The notes: generated by a model not told the origin, from the letters alone. A stretch of 64,000 bases of DNA from Nannocystis bainbridge (GCF_028368995.1 NZ_JAQNDL010000001.1:192001-256000); one strand, 5' to 3'. Counted from the stretch's first letter, positions 18,861 through 30,314 are shown. Numbers and translations are program-made.

Positions 18861-19781
18861 TCAGTGCAGGTGGTCGTCGGGCTCGATCACGTGGTCGGCC
18901 AGCCGCTCGACCTGGTCGCGTCCGAGCAGCCCCTGCAGCGCCGATTCGAGCTCGGCGCGCCCGGGTTCACCTGTCCCGAGGGCCAGGTGTGAAGCCGCGA
19001 CCGCGAAATGCCCGCGCACCCCGCAGCGCTCGCCGAACGGCATCGCGTGGACCGCGGGCGCCCAGCCGTCGCGCGCCAGGCGCTCGTGGTCGGCCCGGAT
19101 CGGCCCGCCACACCGCGGACACACGAGCTCGCCCTGGGCCTCGCCGCGCCACAGTGTGATCAACGGATCGCGCCCGCCCGGCCGCGCGCCCGACCACCAG
19201 CGCGAGTCGAACGGCAGCACGCCCGCCAGCTCGCGCGGGAGCAGCCCCTCGGCCCGGAACCACGCGGCGCTGAGGTAGTACGCCGGGGCCTGCCGCTGCT
19301 CCTGCTCGCGGGCCTCGACGAACAGCGACGGCCGCTCGAAGTGCGGGTCGACCGACCACGAGGCCTCGAGCCGCTCGCGCATCGGCCCGCCCATGCGCGT
19401 GAAGCGATGACCGACGACCACGCGCGTGAGGCGGTCGGCGAACACCCACAGCACGTTGCTGAGCTTGTGCCAGGGGTCGATGTTGAGGTCGCAGACCTTG
19501 AGCTTGTCGCACGCGAGCCCCTCGCGCGCGCGCCAGACCGACACCAGCTTGAGCTCGATGCGGTCCTCCCAGTCGAGGTGATCGAGGCCGTCGTGCGGCT
19601 CGAGGCCGAAGTGCCACTGCAGCGCGCTGCCGAACCGCCCGCGTGAGCCGCGAGGCGCGACCAACTCGGCGGCTGGCCCCAAAGCCAGGCCGCGCGCGTG
19701 CTCGGCCAGCGCCTCGAGGTAGGCGCAGCGCAGCAGCGGCGCGTCGCGCCCGTGCGGCGGGTGGCGGAGCGGCAGCCGCAT
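18861..19781 (-). CDS. MutH/Sau3AI-like PD-(D/E)XK endonuclease with C-terminal Zn-finger-like extension
   Basis: RGRFGSALQWHFG..LDWEDRIELKLV..KLKVC..KLSNVLWV resembles the MutH core; CPRCGG...H..C tail. Confidence 0.6.
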   Translation of the reverse strand: MRLPLRHPPHGRDAPLLRCAYLEALAEHARGLALGPAAELVAPRGSRGRFGSALQWHFGLEPHDGLDHLDWEDRIELKLVSVWRAREGLACDKLKVCDLNIDPWHKLSNVLWVFADRLTRVVVGHRFTRMGGPMRERLEASWSVDPHFERPSLFVEAREQEQRQAPAYYLSAAWFRAEGLLPRELAGVLPFDSRWWSGARPGGRDPLITLWRGEAQGELVCPRCGGPIRADHERLARDGWAPAVHAMPFGERCGVRGHFAVAASHLALGTGEPGRAELESALQGLLGRDQVERLADHVIEPDDHLH

Positions 19782-19794
19782 CGCCGGGACCGGA

Positions 19795-20016
19795 CTACTT
19801 CGCCTCGGGCGCGGGCGCGGGCGCGGGAGCGGCCTCGGGCGCGGGCGCAGGCGCGGCGTCAGCCGGCTTGACCTCGGGCTTCGCGTCGACCTTCTTGCCG
19901 TCGACGGTCTTCGCCTCGGACTTGGTGTCCTCTTCCTTCTTCTTGCCCGGCTGCTCGGCGCACGCGGCGGTAAAACCGAGACACAGGGCCAACAGGGTCC
20001 AGGTGAGACGCTTCAT
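19795..20016 (-). CDS. Small lipoprotein (Lys/Pro/Ala-rich)
   Basis: MKRLTWTLLALCLGFTAAC lipobox; typical GC3 codon usage. Confidence 0.75.
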   Translation of the reverse strand: MKRLTWTLLALCLGFTAACAEQPGKKKEEDTKSEAKTVDGKKVDAKPEVKPADAAPAPAPEAAPAPAPAPEAK

Positions 20017-20025
20017 GCCGGCAAG

Positions 20026-20412
20026 CTAGCACTCCGCGTCACGCGGCGGAAGTACGCGCTGGATCGGCACCGGACGGCCGCGGTCGTCGACCTGCACGTA
20101 GACCAGCTCGGCGGTGGTGACCTCGACGCTGCGCCCGCCGATCGGCTCTTGCGCCTCGACCCGTACGCGGATGGTCAGCGAACTCGAGCCGACGTCGGTG
20201 ACCTCGGCGAACAGGCTGACGATGTCGCCGACGTGCACCGGCTCCTTGAACACGACCTCGCGGACCGCCACCGTAACGACCTTGCGCGCGCCGATGGCGT
20301 GGGCCGCGACCGCCCCGGCCTGGTCGAGCAAGCTGAGGATGTGACCGCCGAAGATCGTGCCGTGCGCGTTGGTGTCGCGCGGCATCATCATGACCCGAAT
20401 CGCGGGCTGCAT
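20026..20412 (-). CDS. Acyl-CoA thioesterase (YciA-like hotdog fold)
   Basis: PRDTNAHGTIFGGHILSLLDQAG, FKEPVHVGD, YVQVDDRGRP. Confidence 0.92.
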   Translation of the reverse strand: MQPAIRVMMMPRDTNAHGTIFGGHILSLLDQAGAVAAHAIGARKVVTVAVREVVFKEPVHVGDIVSLFAEVTDVGSSSLTIRVRVEAQEPIGGRSVEVTTAELVYVQVDDRGRPVPIQRVLPPRDAEC

Positions 20413-20444
20413 GAGGCGGACGATGCGCCAAACGGCGCCGATTG

Positions 20445-20912
20445 TCACGCGGACGGGCGCCCGACGGCGCGCTGGATGGCGGCGTGGATCGTGTCGGCGT
20501 CGGCGTAGTCGGGGCAGTAGCTGAGCGCTGGATCTCGCTCCGACAGCGCGCGGAAGCGCCGCTCCTCCGCGCCGAAGTCGTACGACAGGATCACCGGCCC
20601 GCGGAAGCCGGCGTCGCGCAGGGCCCGGAGCACGAACAGGCCCTGGTTGTCCTGCTGGAACGCGCGCGCGCGGGCGACGTCGCCGTTGAAGCGGGCCGTC
20701 AGCGCCACGAGGTCGCCGAGCAGCGCCTCGATCGGCGTGCGGTCGAAGCGCATGTCGAGGTACACGAGGTCCGGCTGCAACGACGCCAGCAGCGCGCACG
20801 CCTGCTCGCCGCTCTTGGCCTGCGTGTAGCGGATCCCCCGCGACACGAAGGTCGAGAGGTTGGTCAGATATTCGTCCCCGTCCTCGACGACGAGGACCTT
20901 GATCTCGCTCAT
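20445..20912 (-). CDS. Single-domain response regulator with insertion
   Basis: VLVVEDG, PDLVYLDMRFD, about 30-aa insert, QGLFVLRALR, PVILS. Confidence 0.75.
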   Translation of the reverse strand: MSEIKVLVVEDGDEYLTNLSTFVSRGIRYTQAKSGEQACALLASLQPDLVYLDMRFDRTPIEALLGDLVALTARFNGDVARARAFQQDNQGLFVLRALRDAGFRGPVILSYDFGAEERRFRALSERDPALSYCPDYADADTIHAAIQRAVGRPSA

Positions 20913-23908
20913 GGCCCCTCCTCCACGGTGAAGAACCGCAGCACGACGGCCTTCTGCCAGCCGCGCTCGGGTTCGACGGCGATCGAGCCGTCGTAGCGCG
21001 ACAGGAGGTCGGCGGTGATGCCCATGCCGCGCTCGACGTAGCGACCGCGGAGCATCTCGTTGCTGAGCTGCTCGGTCGAGCGATCCTTGATGCGGATCGC
21101 CAGCGTCGACAAACCAGTGATCTCGTCCATCTCGGTGACGAGGTCGATGCCGAGGGCGATCGGCTTCGGCCCGTACAGCACGCTCGACTGCAGCGAGTTG
21201 CGCAGCACGTTGGTGACGATGTCCTCGAGGTCGCTGTGGAACACGCGGATCTTGGCGCCCTCGCCGTCGATCTGCGGCTCGGCGATCTGGACCGTGGCGA
21301 ACTGCGGCTCGGCGACCACCTGGGCGAAGATCTCACGGATCGTGGCCGGATCGACGGCGACGATGCACAGCGAACGGATGACGCCCGACAGCTCCTCGAA
21401 CGCCTTGCGGCCGAGGACGTGGCCGCTGCGACCGAGCCGGCGCGCCCACTCCAGCTTGAGCGCGTGACGCTCGCGGCTCGGCGCCCGCTGCAGGCCCTCG
21501 AGCCCGCGCAGGTCCTCGAAGGCGGCGATCATGGCGCTGAAGATCGGGTCCTTGCGGTAGAGGTTGAGGTTGATGTTGTGGCTGCGGCCGACCTTCTGCA
21601 GCTCGTCGACGTAGCCGAGGAAGCGCCCATGGATCCCGCGCTCGCGCAGCGAGACGCGGCCCGGAACCGGGGTGGCCTCGTTGCGATCGCGCGGGGCGCC
21701 GAACAGGCGGGCGGCGACGACGGCGGTGCGCGCCTCGGCGTCGGGCTCGTCCATCTCGAGCGCGCGGCCGACGTCGGCCAGGAAGGAGGTGTTGTGCTTG
21801 AGGATCTCGTGGCGAATGAGGCTCAAGATCCGCGCGACCTCGGGGAAGCTCTTCGGCGCCCGCTCGAGCATCTGCGTCAGCGAGGCGCCGCGCAGCCGGC
21901 GATAGACCTGCCACGCCGGGATCGCCACCAGCAGCAGCGCGAGCGCCCCGGCGCCGAGGTAGATGCGCAGGAAGGTCGCGTCCATGCGATCGCGCAGGCG
22001 GTGCGCGGCGTCCCAGTGGAGGTTGTACTCGTCGGCCTCGCGCAAGAACTGGTCGAGCTGCTCCGAGGCCTCGATCAGGTGGTAGTCGTCCCACAGCCGC
22101 TTGGCCAGGCGAAAGCGGGCGGTGGCCGATCCGAGCTCGGCGGCGCGGCGCAGGTGCACGGTCGACTGCGCCGGCAGGTCGCCCTCGAGCAGGATGCCGA
22201 GCCGCTCGTGGACCTCCATCTGCTCCTCGGCGAGCGCGAGGCTCTGCTCCCAGAACTGACGCGCGTCGCCGGTGCGGCCCTGGGCGTACACGACCTTGGC
22301 GAGCTCGTTGTAGACGACCGGCTCGCTGCGAAACCGCTCGCGCGCGCGCTGCAGGATCTTCTCGGCCTGGTTGAGGTCGCCTTCTTCGGAGACGCGCAGG
22401 TAGGCCTCGTTGATCATGCGCTGCAGCGAGGGATCGAGCCGCTGCAAGTTGTCGGGCGGCTCGTTGAGGTAGAGCGGCTCTTCGGGGCTGACCTCCTGCG
22501 TGAGGTCCTTCAGCGCGCGCTCGGCCTGCGGACGATCGGGGTCGTCGTCGGGCGCGGTGCGGAGGAACCGCTCATAGTGCCGCCGCGCGGCCTCGCGGTT
22601 CTCGCGGGCGTTGAGCTCGCCGAGCAAGATGTGGAGGTGATGCAGGTCGGGCCGCAGCAGCAGCGCCTTCTCGAGGTGCTCGATGGCCCGCACGTCCTCG
22701 GCGCCGGCGAACTGCTTCTTGTAGACGAGGCCGAGAGCCATGTGCGCCTCGTAGTCGAAGCGATCCATGCGCACGGCGAGCTTGAGCTGATCGACGGCCT
22801 TGGGGATCCGGCCCTTGCGGGCGTAGATGACGCCGAGGGTGTAGTGCGCCTTGGGGTACCACGGCGAGTTCTCGATCGCGACCAGCAGGTCGCGCTCGGC
22901 GGCGTCGAGGTCGCCGCCGCGCATCGAGGTGAGCGCGCGCCGGTAGCTCTGCTCGGCGAACTCGCTCGGCCGCCCGCCCTGCTCCTTCTCGAGCTTGTTG
23001 AGCTCGACCTGCAGCCGCAGCTCGTCGACCTGCTCCTTGGCCCGCTTGGCCAGCGGAGTACCCGGGTAGGCGCCGCTGAGCTCCTCGTTGATGGCGATCG
23101 CGGCCTCGATGTCGTTCTGCTCGAGCAGCAGGTCGGCCTGCAACCGCAGGGCGTCGGCGCCCGGCTTGCGCCCGCCGGCGACGCACTCGCGGCGGTAGAG
23201 GTCGAGCTGCTTGAGCGCCGCCTCGCGCTGGCTGTCGCGCTCGCGGGTCGAGGCGGCCTTCTCGGCCTGGCGGTTGAGCAAGGCGGCGACGGTGAAGCGG
23301 ATCTCCGGCGGCCGACCCTCGGTGCGCGGGTCCTGCTCGGCGATCTCGAGCGCGAGGTTGAGGCGCTCGTCGTCGTAGCGCTCCTCGCAGCGGCCCATCC
23401 ACTCGACGAGGGTGCGCCGCTCGGCCAGCCACAAGCCGCGCGGGTCGTAGGTGCGCAGCAGCTTGAGGTCGTCGATCGCCCGCCGCGGGCAGGTGTTCTC
23501 GCGCGCGCGACGGGCCCGCAAGTAGGCCCGCCCGCGCAGCGCCCCGGGGTCGCCGGGCTGGAGCTTGAGCGCGTTGTTGTACTCGCGCAGGGCGTCGTCC
23601 GCCCGCCCCTCGCGCTCGAGCCGGGTGGCCCGGCTCATGCTGATGTCGAACTGCTCCATCCGCTGCTCGGGGGTCAGCCCGCCGGGCTCGTCGAAGCCGG
23701 CGCTGTCGTCCTCGGGTGGCAGCGGCAGCTCGGCCAGCGGGTCGTAGACCGGCTTGATGGTGCTCTCTTCGGCCTTGCCGGGCTTCTTGACGGCCTTGCT
23801 GGCGGTCGGGGCGGGCGCGGCCGCGGCGAGGCTCGGGCTGGCGATGAGGACATGTGCGAAGAGACATGCCCCAAGGAGCCTTGCCGATCGGACATGTCCC
23901 TTGCGCAT
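20909..23908 (-). CDS. Membrane protein: extracytoplasmic TPR array, TM, degenerate histidine-kinase domain
   Basis: Signal peptide, many TPRs, TM IYLGAGALALLLVAIPAW, H-box-like LIRHEILKH, N-box TNVLRNS, IRIKDRS, GMGI. Confidence 0.75.
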   Translation of the reverse strand: MRKGHVRSARLLGACLFAHVLIASPSLAAAAPAPTASKAVKKPGKAEESTIKPVYDPLAELPLPPEDDSAGFDEPGGLTPEQRMEQFDISMSRATRLEREGRADDALREYNNALKLQPGDPGALRGRAYLRARRARENTCPRRAIDDLKLLRTYDPRGLWLAERRTLVEWMGRCEERYDDERLNLALEIAEQDPRTEGRPPEIRFTVAALLNRQAEKAASTRERDSQREAALKQLDLYRRECVAGGRKPGADALRLQADLLLEQNDIEAAIAINEELSGAYPGTPLAKRAKEQVDELRLQVELNKLEKEQGGRPSEFAEQSYRRALTSMRGGDLDAAERDLLVAIENSPWYPKAHYTLGVIYARKGRIPKAVDQLKLAVRMDRFDYEAHMALGLVYKKQFAGAEDVRAIEHLEKALLLRPDLHHLHILLGELNARENREAARRHYERFLRTAPDDDPDRPQAERALKDLTQEVSPEEPLYLNEPPDNLQRLDPSLQRMINEAYLRVSEEGDLNQAEKILQRARERFRSEPVVYNELAKVVYAQGRTGDARQFWEQSLALAEEQMEVHERLGILLEGDLPAQSTVHLRRAAELGSATARFRLAKRLWDDYHLIEASEQLDQFLREADEYNLHWDAAHRLRDRMDATFLRIYLGAGALALLLVAIPAWQVYRRLRGASLTQMLERAPKSFPEVARILSLIRHEILKHNTSFLADVGRALEMDEPDAEARTAVVAARLFGAPRDRNEATPVPGRVSLRERGIHGRFLGYVDELQKVGRSHNINLNLYRKDPIFSAMIAAFEDLRGLEGLQRAPSRERHALKLEWARRLGRSGHVLGRKAFEELSGVIRSLCIVAVDPATIREIFAQVVAEPQFATVQIAEPQIDGEGAKIRVFHSDLEDIVTNVLRNSLQSSVLYGPKPIALGIDLVTEMDEITGLSTLAIRIKDRSTEQLSNEMLRGRYVERGMGITADLLSRYDGSIAVEPERGWQKAVVLRFFTVEEGP

Positions 23909-23910
23909 GG
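23848..23910. repeat. 14-bp periodic array overlapping start codon and signal-peptide codons
   Basis: CATG at 23851, 23865, 23893, 23906. Confidence 0.7.
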
Positions 23911-23990
23911 TCGCTGGCGCGCCCGGGTGACGGGGCCCGGTCAGGATAGCAGACGCGGGCGAGCAGCGACGCATGGTCGGCGGGCCCCCC

Positions 23991-25697
<1,707 letters not shown>

Positions 25698-25700
25698 GAA

Positions 25701-26123
25701 TCACCCGCGCTGGGATTGGAGCCGTCGATGCAGCTGCTGCAGCGCGCTGCGGATCGTCTGCTGAGCGGCGCGGACGTGCGGGCGCGCGGCGGCGATGGCG
25801 TCACGATCGCCGCGGGCGAGCGCAGGCCCGTGCGCGCGCAGGACCTCGACCGCGGCCTCGACCTCGAGCAGCTCGGGCGCGGGCAACGGGCGCGGCCAGG
25901 CAGCAGCGAAGCGCGACCACAGCTCCCACGCGGTCTCGACGGTGCCGTCGCCGCCGCTGCGGGTCCGCAGCAGGTCGCGTCGCAACGCCTCGATCAGCTC
26001 GTCGCGCAGCGGGCCGTGCCAGGCGTCGTCGCCGAGGTTGGCCGACATCCAGGCGACGTACTTGCCGAGGTCGTGCTTGAGCGCGGCGACCTGTTCGGGG
26101 AAGTCGGCGACCGCGAATGTCAT
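25701..26123 (-). CDS. Small helical protein with H-box-like motif (possible phosphotransfer protein)
   Basis: VAALKHDLGKYV resembles a HisKA H-box; tightly coupled to the regulator gene. Confidence 0.55.
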   Translation of the reverse strand: MTFAVADFPEQVAALKHDLGKYVAWMSANLGDDAWHGPLRDELIEALRRDLLRTRSGGDGTVETAWELWSRFAAAWPRPLPAPELLEVEAAVEVLRAHGPALARGDRDAIAAARPHVRAAQQTIRSALQQLHRRLQSQRG

Positions 26124-26145
26124 GGCGTGCCAGCGCCCGCGGAGC

Positions 26146-26619
26146 TCAGGCCCCGGCCGGCTTGTGATAGCGGGTCGCGCGCGCGCGCCCCGTGCTGTCG
26201 ATCTTGCCCATCTTCTTCATCCACGCGAGGTAGCCGCGCAGCTCGGCGATGTCGCAGTCGATGCGCTTGGCGAGCTGGCCGATGGTGAGCGGCTCGTCCT
26301 CGATGGCGGTGAGGATCTGCTTGTAGACCTGGACCTCGCGCGCCTCGCCGGCGCCGTTGGCCGCGCCTTCGGCCTCGACGTTCGCCGCGCTCACTGCCGG
26401 CGCCGGGCGGGCGGCCCGCGCCGGGACCAGCGCCGCGAGGGCCTCGCGCAGCTCGCTGATGCTGAGCTGGCGGATCGAGGCGCCCGCCTCGCTGCTGAGC
26501 AGCTCGCTGAGCTTGGTGATGGCCGGCATCCGCGCCACCGTGTTGATCGCGGCCTTGCGGAGCAAGGTGGCCCGGTTCTGTCGGAGGGCAGATTCGAAGA
26601 GCTGGGCGATCTCTGTCAT
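26146..26619 (-). CDS. Putative DNA-binding protein with C-terminal winged helix
   Basis: LTIGQLAKRI...LRGYLAWMKKMGKIDSTGRARATRY. Confidence 0.7.
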   Translation of the reverse strand: MTEIAQLFESALRQNRATLLRKAAINTVARMPAITKLSELLSSEAGASIRQLSISELREALAALVPARAARPAPAVSAANVEAEGAANGAGEAREVQVYKQILTAIEDEPLTIGQLAKRIDCDIAELRGYLAWMKKMGKIDSTGRARATRYHKPAGA

Positions 26620-26737
26620 GGAAGTCCCACCACGAACGCCGCATGCAGCCTTGTGGGCACACACGTGTCGGGGGAGACGTAGCGGCAATCAGGCGCAAAA
26701 GCAAGGGGCCCGCGCACCCCCGCGCCCTCGCTGGCCT

Positions 26738-27466
26738 TCAGCCCTCACAGGTGAGGAACCCGAGATCCAGCAGATCCATCGAGCCGCAGGGAGCACAGCA
26801 CGCGTCGCATTGGCCGGTGCCGTCGAGGTTGAAGCCCCAGGTGACGTCACCGGACGCGCCGGCGAAGCAGATCCGTTCGTCCTTGAAGCATTGAATGGTC
26901 TGGTAGACGTCGATGCCGCGGCCGGCGGTGCGGAAGCTGGTGTCGACATCGGGCCAGGCCCAGTCGCGGTCCTGCGCGAACAGCTTCCACTCGATGTCGA
27001 GGCCGTCGTCGCAGTCGTCCGTCAGCAGCCACTCCTGGAAGATCGGCTGCGAGCAGACCGCGAGGGCCTCGTCGGCGCCGTTGGGGCAGTCGGGCGTCTT
27101 GTCGCACAGCCGATCGGTGGGCATGCAGCCGGCGTTCTCGCCGCAGACGTAGACGTGGTCGAGCTCGCAGTAACACTCGCCCTCGGAGCAGTAGGCGTTC
27201 TGCCCGCAGTCCTTGGCGCACTCCTTGTCGACGGCGGGCGTCGCGTCCTGACAGCCGGTGTACGGGTTGCCCTCGTAGCCCGGATCGCAGAAGCACTTGC
27301 CGTCGCCGCAGCTGGCATTGTTGCCGCAGGCGACCTCCTGGCAGGTCTTGTAGTCGTCAGGCTCGCCGTAGAGCACGCATCCGCCGGCGACGGCGGCGGC
27401 GAACAGCCCGGCGAACAAGGGGAGCGAACGGAGGGCGGTACGAAGGGTCGAGAGCGTGCGCTGCAT
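26738..27466 (-). CDS. Cys-rich lipoprotein with EGF-like and LDL-receptor class A-like modules
   Basis: Lipobox AGGC; CFCDPGYEGNPYTGC; VCGENAGCMPTDRLCDKTPDCPNGADE. Confidence 0.75.
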   Translation of the reverse strand: MQRTLSTLRTALRSLPLFAGLFAAAVAGGCVLYGEPDDYKTCQEVACGNNASCGDGKCFCDPGYEGNPYTGCQDATPAVDKECAKDCGQNAYCSEGECYCELDHVYVCGENAGCMPTDRLCDKTPDCPNGADEALAVCSQPIFQEWLLTDDCDDGLDIEWKLFAQDRDWAWPDVDTSFRTAGRGIDVYQTIQCFKDERICFAGASGDVTWGFNLDGTGQCDACCAPCGSMDLLDLGFLTCEG

Positions 27467-27659
27467 GGCGAATCCCGAGGCGGCGCGACGGCGTGCGAGC
27501 GGCGCCCACCGCAAGGTTGCGCGAGCCGCCCGACCGACGCAATGGGGACCGCACGGAGGCGGGCTGCCGCGCCCCAAACCGGCGCGGACGGCGACGACCG
27601 GCCCGGGCGCGGCGGCCGGGGCTTGACGACCGCGCGCCTCCGAGGTCAGCCTCGCCGCC

Positions 27660-28994
27660 GTGGCGAGCCTCATCGACCGCGATCGCGCGCACGTCTGGCA
27701 CCCGGCGACGCACTTCGCCGACCTCGACCGCCTGCCGCCGATCGCCGTCGAGCGGGCCCGCGGGTGCTGGCTTTACGAGGCCGGCGGACGGGCGATCCTC
27801 GACGCGATCGCGTCGTGGTGGACGTGCGTGCACGGCCACGGCCACCCGGCGATCGTCGCCGCGGTCCGCGAGCAGGTCGAGCGCCTCGACCACGTGATGT
27901 TCGCCGGCTTCACCCACGAGCCCGCGGTCGCGCTCGCCGAGGCGCTGGTGGCCGCGGCGCCGCCCGGCTACGAGCGGGTGTTCTACGCCGACTGCGGCTC
28001 GGCCGCGATCGAGGTGGCGCTCAAGCTCAGCTTCCAGGCCCGCCAGCAGCGCGGCGAACCCGAGCGCCGCCGCTTCGCCACCCTGCGCAACGGCTACCAC
28101 GGCGAGACCCTCGGCGCGCTGGCCCTCTGCGGCGCCAGCGCTTATCGCGACACGTTCGCGCCGCTGCTGTTCTCGCCGCTCGAGCTGCCGGCCCCGAGCT
28201 TCGCCACGCACGAGCACGCCGACCTGGCGTCCGACCTCGGCCACGACGCGCCCGAGACGGCCGCCGCCGTGGCCGCGCTCGAGGAGCACGCGCACGAGCT
28301 GACGGCGGTGGTGATCGAGCCGCAGGTGCAGTGCGCGGGCCGGATGACGATGACCGGCGCGGGCTTCTACCGCGAGCTGACGCGCGCGGCCCAGCGCCTC
28401 GGGATCCACGTCATCGCCGACGAGATCGCGGTCGGCTTCGGCCGCACGGGTCACATGTTCGCAAGTACATGGTCGGAAGTTCAGCCGGACCTCCTGTGCC
28501 TCAGCAAGGGGCTGGCGGGCATCCTGCCGCTGGCGGCGGTGCTGATCCGCGGCGGCTTCGACGTCGACTTCCGCGGCGCGCCGACCCGCAGCTTCCTCCA
28601 CAGCCACACGTTCACGGCCAACCCGATCGCCTGCGCGGCCGCGATCGCGGGGCTCGAGCTGTTTCGCTCGACCGACCTGCTGGCGCGCCTGCCGGCCCGC
28701 GTCGAGGCGATGGCGGCGCGCCGCCGGGCGGTCGCGGCGGCCTGCCCGGCGGTGGTGGCCCATCGCCAGGCGGGCATGATCGCGGCGCTCGAGGTGGTGC
28801 CGGCGGCCGGCAGCCCGGCGGCGCGCGACGGCCGGATCGGGCTGCTGTTGCGCGAGGCCGCGCTGGCCCAGGGGGTGCTCCTGCGGCCGCTGCACGACAC
28901 GATCTACTGGTTCCCGCCGCTGGTGATCGACGACGACGAGCTCGACCGCCTGGCCGCGGCGACGATCGCGGCCATCCGCGCCGTGGTCGAGTGA
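27660..28994 (+). CDS. bioA: Adenosylmethionine-8-amino-7-oxononanoate transaminase
   Basis: VWHPAT, DAIASWW, GSAAIEVALK, YHGET, IADEIAVGFGRTG, SKGL, HSHTFTANP. Confidence 0.93.
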   Translation: MASLIDRDRAHVWHPATHFADLDRLPPIAVERARGCWLYEAGGRAILDAIASWWTCVHGHGHPAIVAAVREQVERLDHVMFAGFTHEPAVALAEALVAAAPPGYERVFYADCGSAAIEVALKLSFQARQQRGEPERRRFATLRNGYHGETLGALALCGASAYRDTFAPLLFSPLELPAPSFATHEHADLASDLGHDAPETAAAVAALEEHAHELTAVVIEPQVQCAGRMTMTGAGFYRELTRAAQRLGIHVIADEIAVGFGRTGHMFASTWSEVQPDLLCLSKGLAGILPLAAVLIRGGFDVDFRGAPTRSFLHSHTFTANPIACAAAIAGLELFRSTDLLARLPARVEAMAARRRAVAAACPAVVAHRQAGMIAALEVVPAAGSPAARDGRIGLLLREAALAQGVLLRPLHDTIYWFPPLVIDDDELDRLAAATIAAIRAVVE

Positions 28995-29028
28995 CGCGGC
29001 GGCGCGGGTTGCGGGTATGATCGCGGCG

Positions 29029-30309
29029 ATGCGGGCTCGCGGACTCGTCGGCGCGGCGCTGCTCGTCGCGTGCAACCCGGTGACGCCGCCCGGGCTGGTG
29101 CTCGACGTCGGCCGCACGTGCGAGGACATCGCGCTCGTGGTCGCCGACCCCGACGTGCTGCCGGGCTGGCGGATCCACGCGGCCGCGATCGCGCGCAGCG
29201 GCGGGGCCGCGACCTGGCTGCTGGCCAGCGAGCACCCGGGCGAGCTGGAGCTGCGACGTGTCCCCGAGGACATCCCCGGCGTCGACCTGACGACCGTCGG
29301 CGCGGCGCACGAGTTCACGCTGGTGCGCGGGCCGAGCGAGGGCCAGATCTGGCTGACGCTCGACGGCGGCGACGGGGCCCAGCTGTGGCGCATCGACGAG
29401 GACGAAGCGGCGGTGTCGGTCGGCCCGCCGCTCGGCGACTTTCCCGGCGACGGGTCGACGGAGTGGTTCTACCGCCTGGTGTTCCTCGGCCAGAGCCCGC
29501 ACTTGCTGGCGCTGCCGCGGCAGACGAAGGCCGGCGAGGTGCCCTTGCACATCGCGGCGGTGACCCCGGCGCTGGCGCTCGGCGAGCGCTGGACGTCGTC
29601 GGCGACGGTGACCTGCCCGCCGCTCAGCGAGCTCAACTGCCCGTTGCTGTGGGAAGATCTGCGCGAGCTCGCGGTGCTCGACGTCGCCGAGCCGGGCAGC
29701 GTCGCCGGGGCCGCGCTGCTGATCTCGATCGCCTCGCTGCCCGACGTGGCGCCCGATCCCGAGAGCCCGCCGGCGATGCTGCAGACGCACATCATCAGCC
29801 TGACCTTGCAGCGCGATCCGGCCACCGAGCGACCGGTGGTGACGCGCCGCGATCACGTGGCCTGGTCGACCGACGGGCCGGTGCTGCCCTCCCCCGCGCA
29901 GATCGCCGCCGATCCGCTCGGGATCTACGTGCTCGCGGGGCTCGTCCCCGGGCCGGAGGGATCGAGCGCCGACGCGACGCCCGCGGACTACCTGTTCCGC
30001 GCCGACCTGCTCGGCCCGGACACGACCGACGAGGGCGGCGTGATCGCGCTGCTCAACAAGGATCTTCACTCGCACCTGCTGCAGCTCGGCAGCCGGGTCG
30101 CTCTCGGCCAGCTGCCGAAGCGGCACTGGTACGTCGCGCCGGTCGAGGGCGCGACCGTCGACGAGGACATCGTCGGCACGCTCGAGGTCGGCGAGCACTC
30201 GTCGCTCCTCCGCGCCGGACGCGGTCAGGTCGTCGTGGTCACCGAGTCGGCGCCGAGCCGTCGCGTCCAGATCGGCTGCGCCGACGATGCGCCGGCCGAG
30301 GACCGCTGA
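29029..30309 (+). CDS. Hypothetical lipoprotein
   Basis: Lipobox LVAC; long ORF with GC3 bias. Confidence 0.7.
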   Translation: MRARGLVGAALLVACNPVTPPGLVLDVGRTCEDIALVVADPDVLPGWRIHAAAIARSGGAATWLLASEHPGELELRRVPEDIPGVDLTTVGAAHEFTLVRGPSEGQIWLTLDGGDGAQLWRIDEDEAAVSVGPPLGDFPGDGSTEWFYRLVFLGQSPHLLALPRQTKAGEVPLHIAAVTPALALGERWTSSATVTCPPLSELNCPLLWEDLRELAVLDVAEPGSVAGAALLISIASLPDVAPDPESPPAMLQTHIISLTLQRDPATERPVVTRRDHVAWSTDGPVLPSPAQIAADPLGIYVLAGLVPGPEGSSADATPADYLFRADLLGPDTTDEGGVIALLNKDLHSHLLQLGSRVALGQLPKRHWYVAPVEGATVDEDIVGTLEVGEHSSLLRAGRGQVVVVTESAPSRRVQIGCADDAPAEDR

Positions 30310-30314
30310 ACTGC

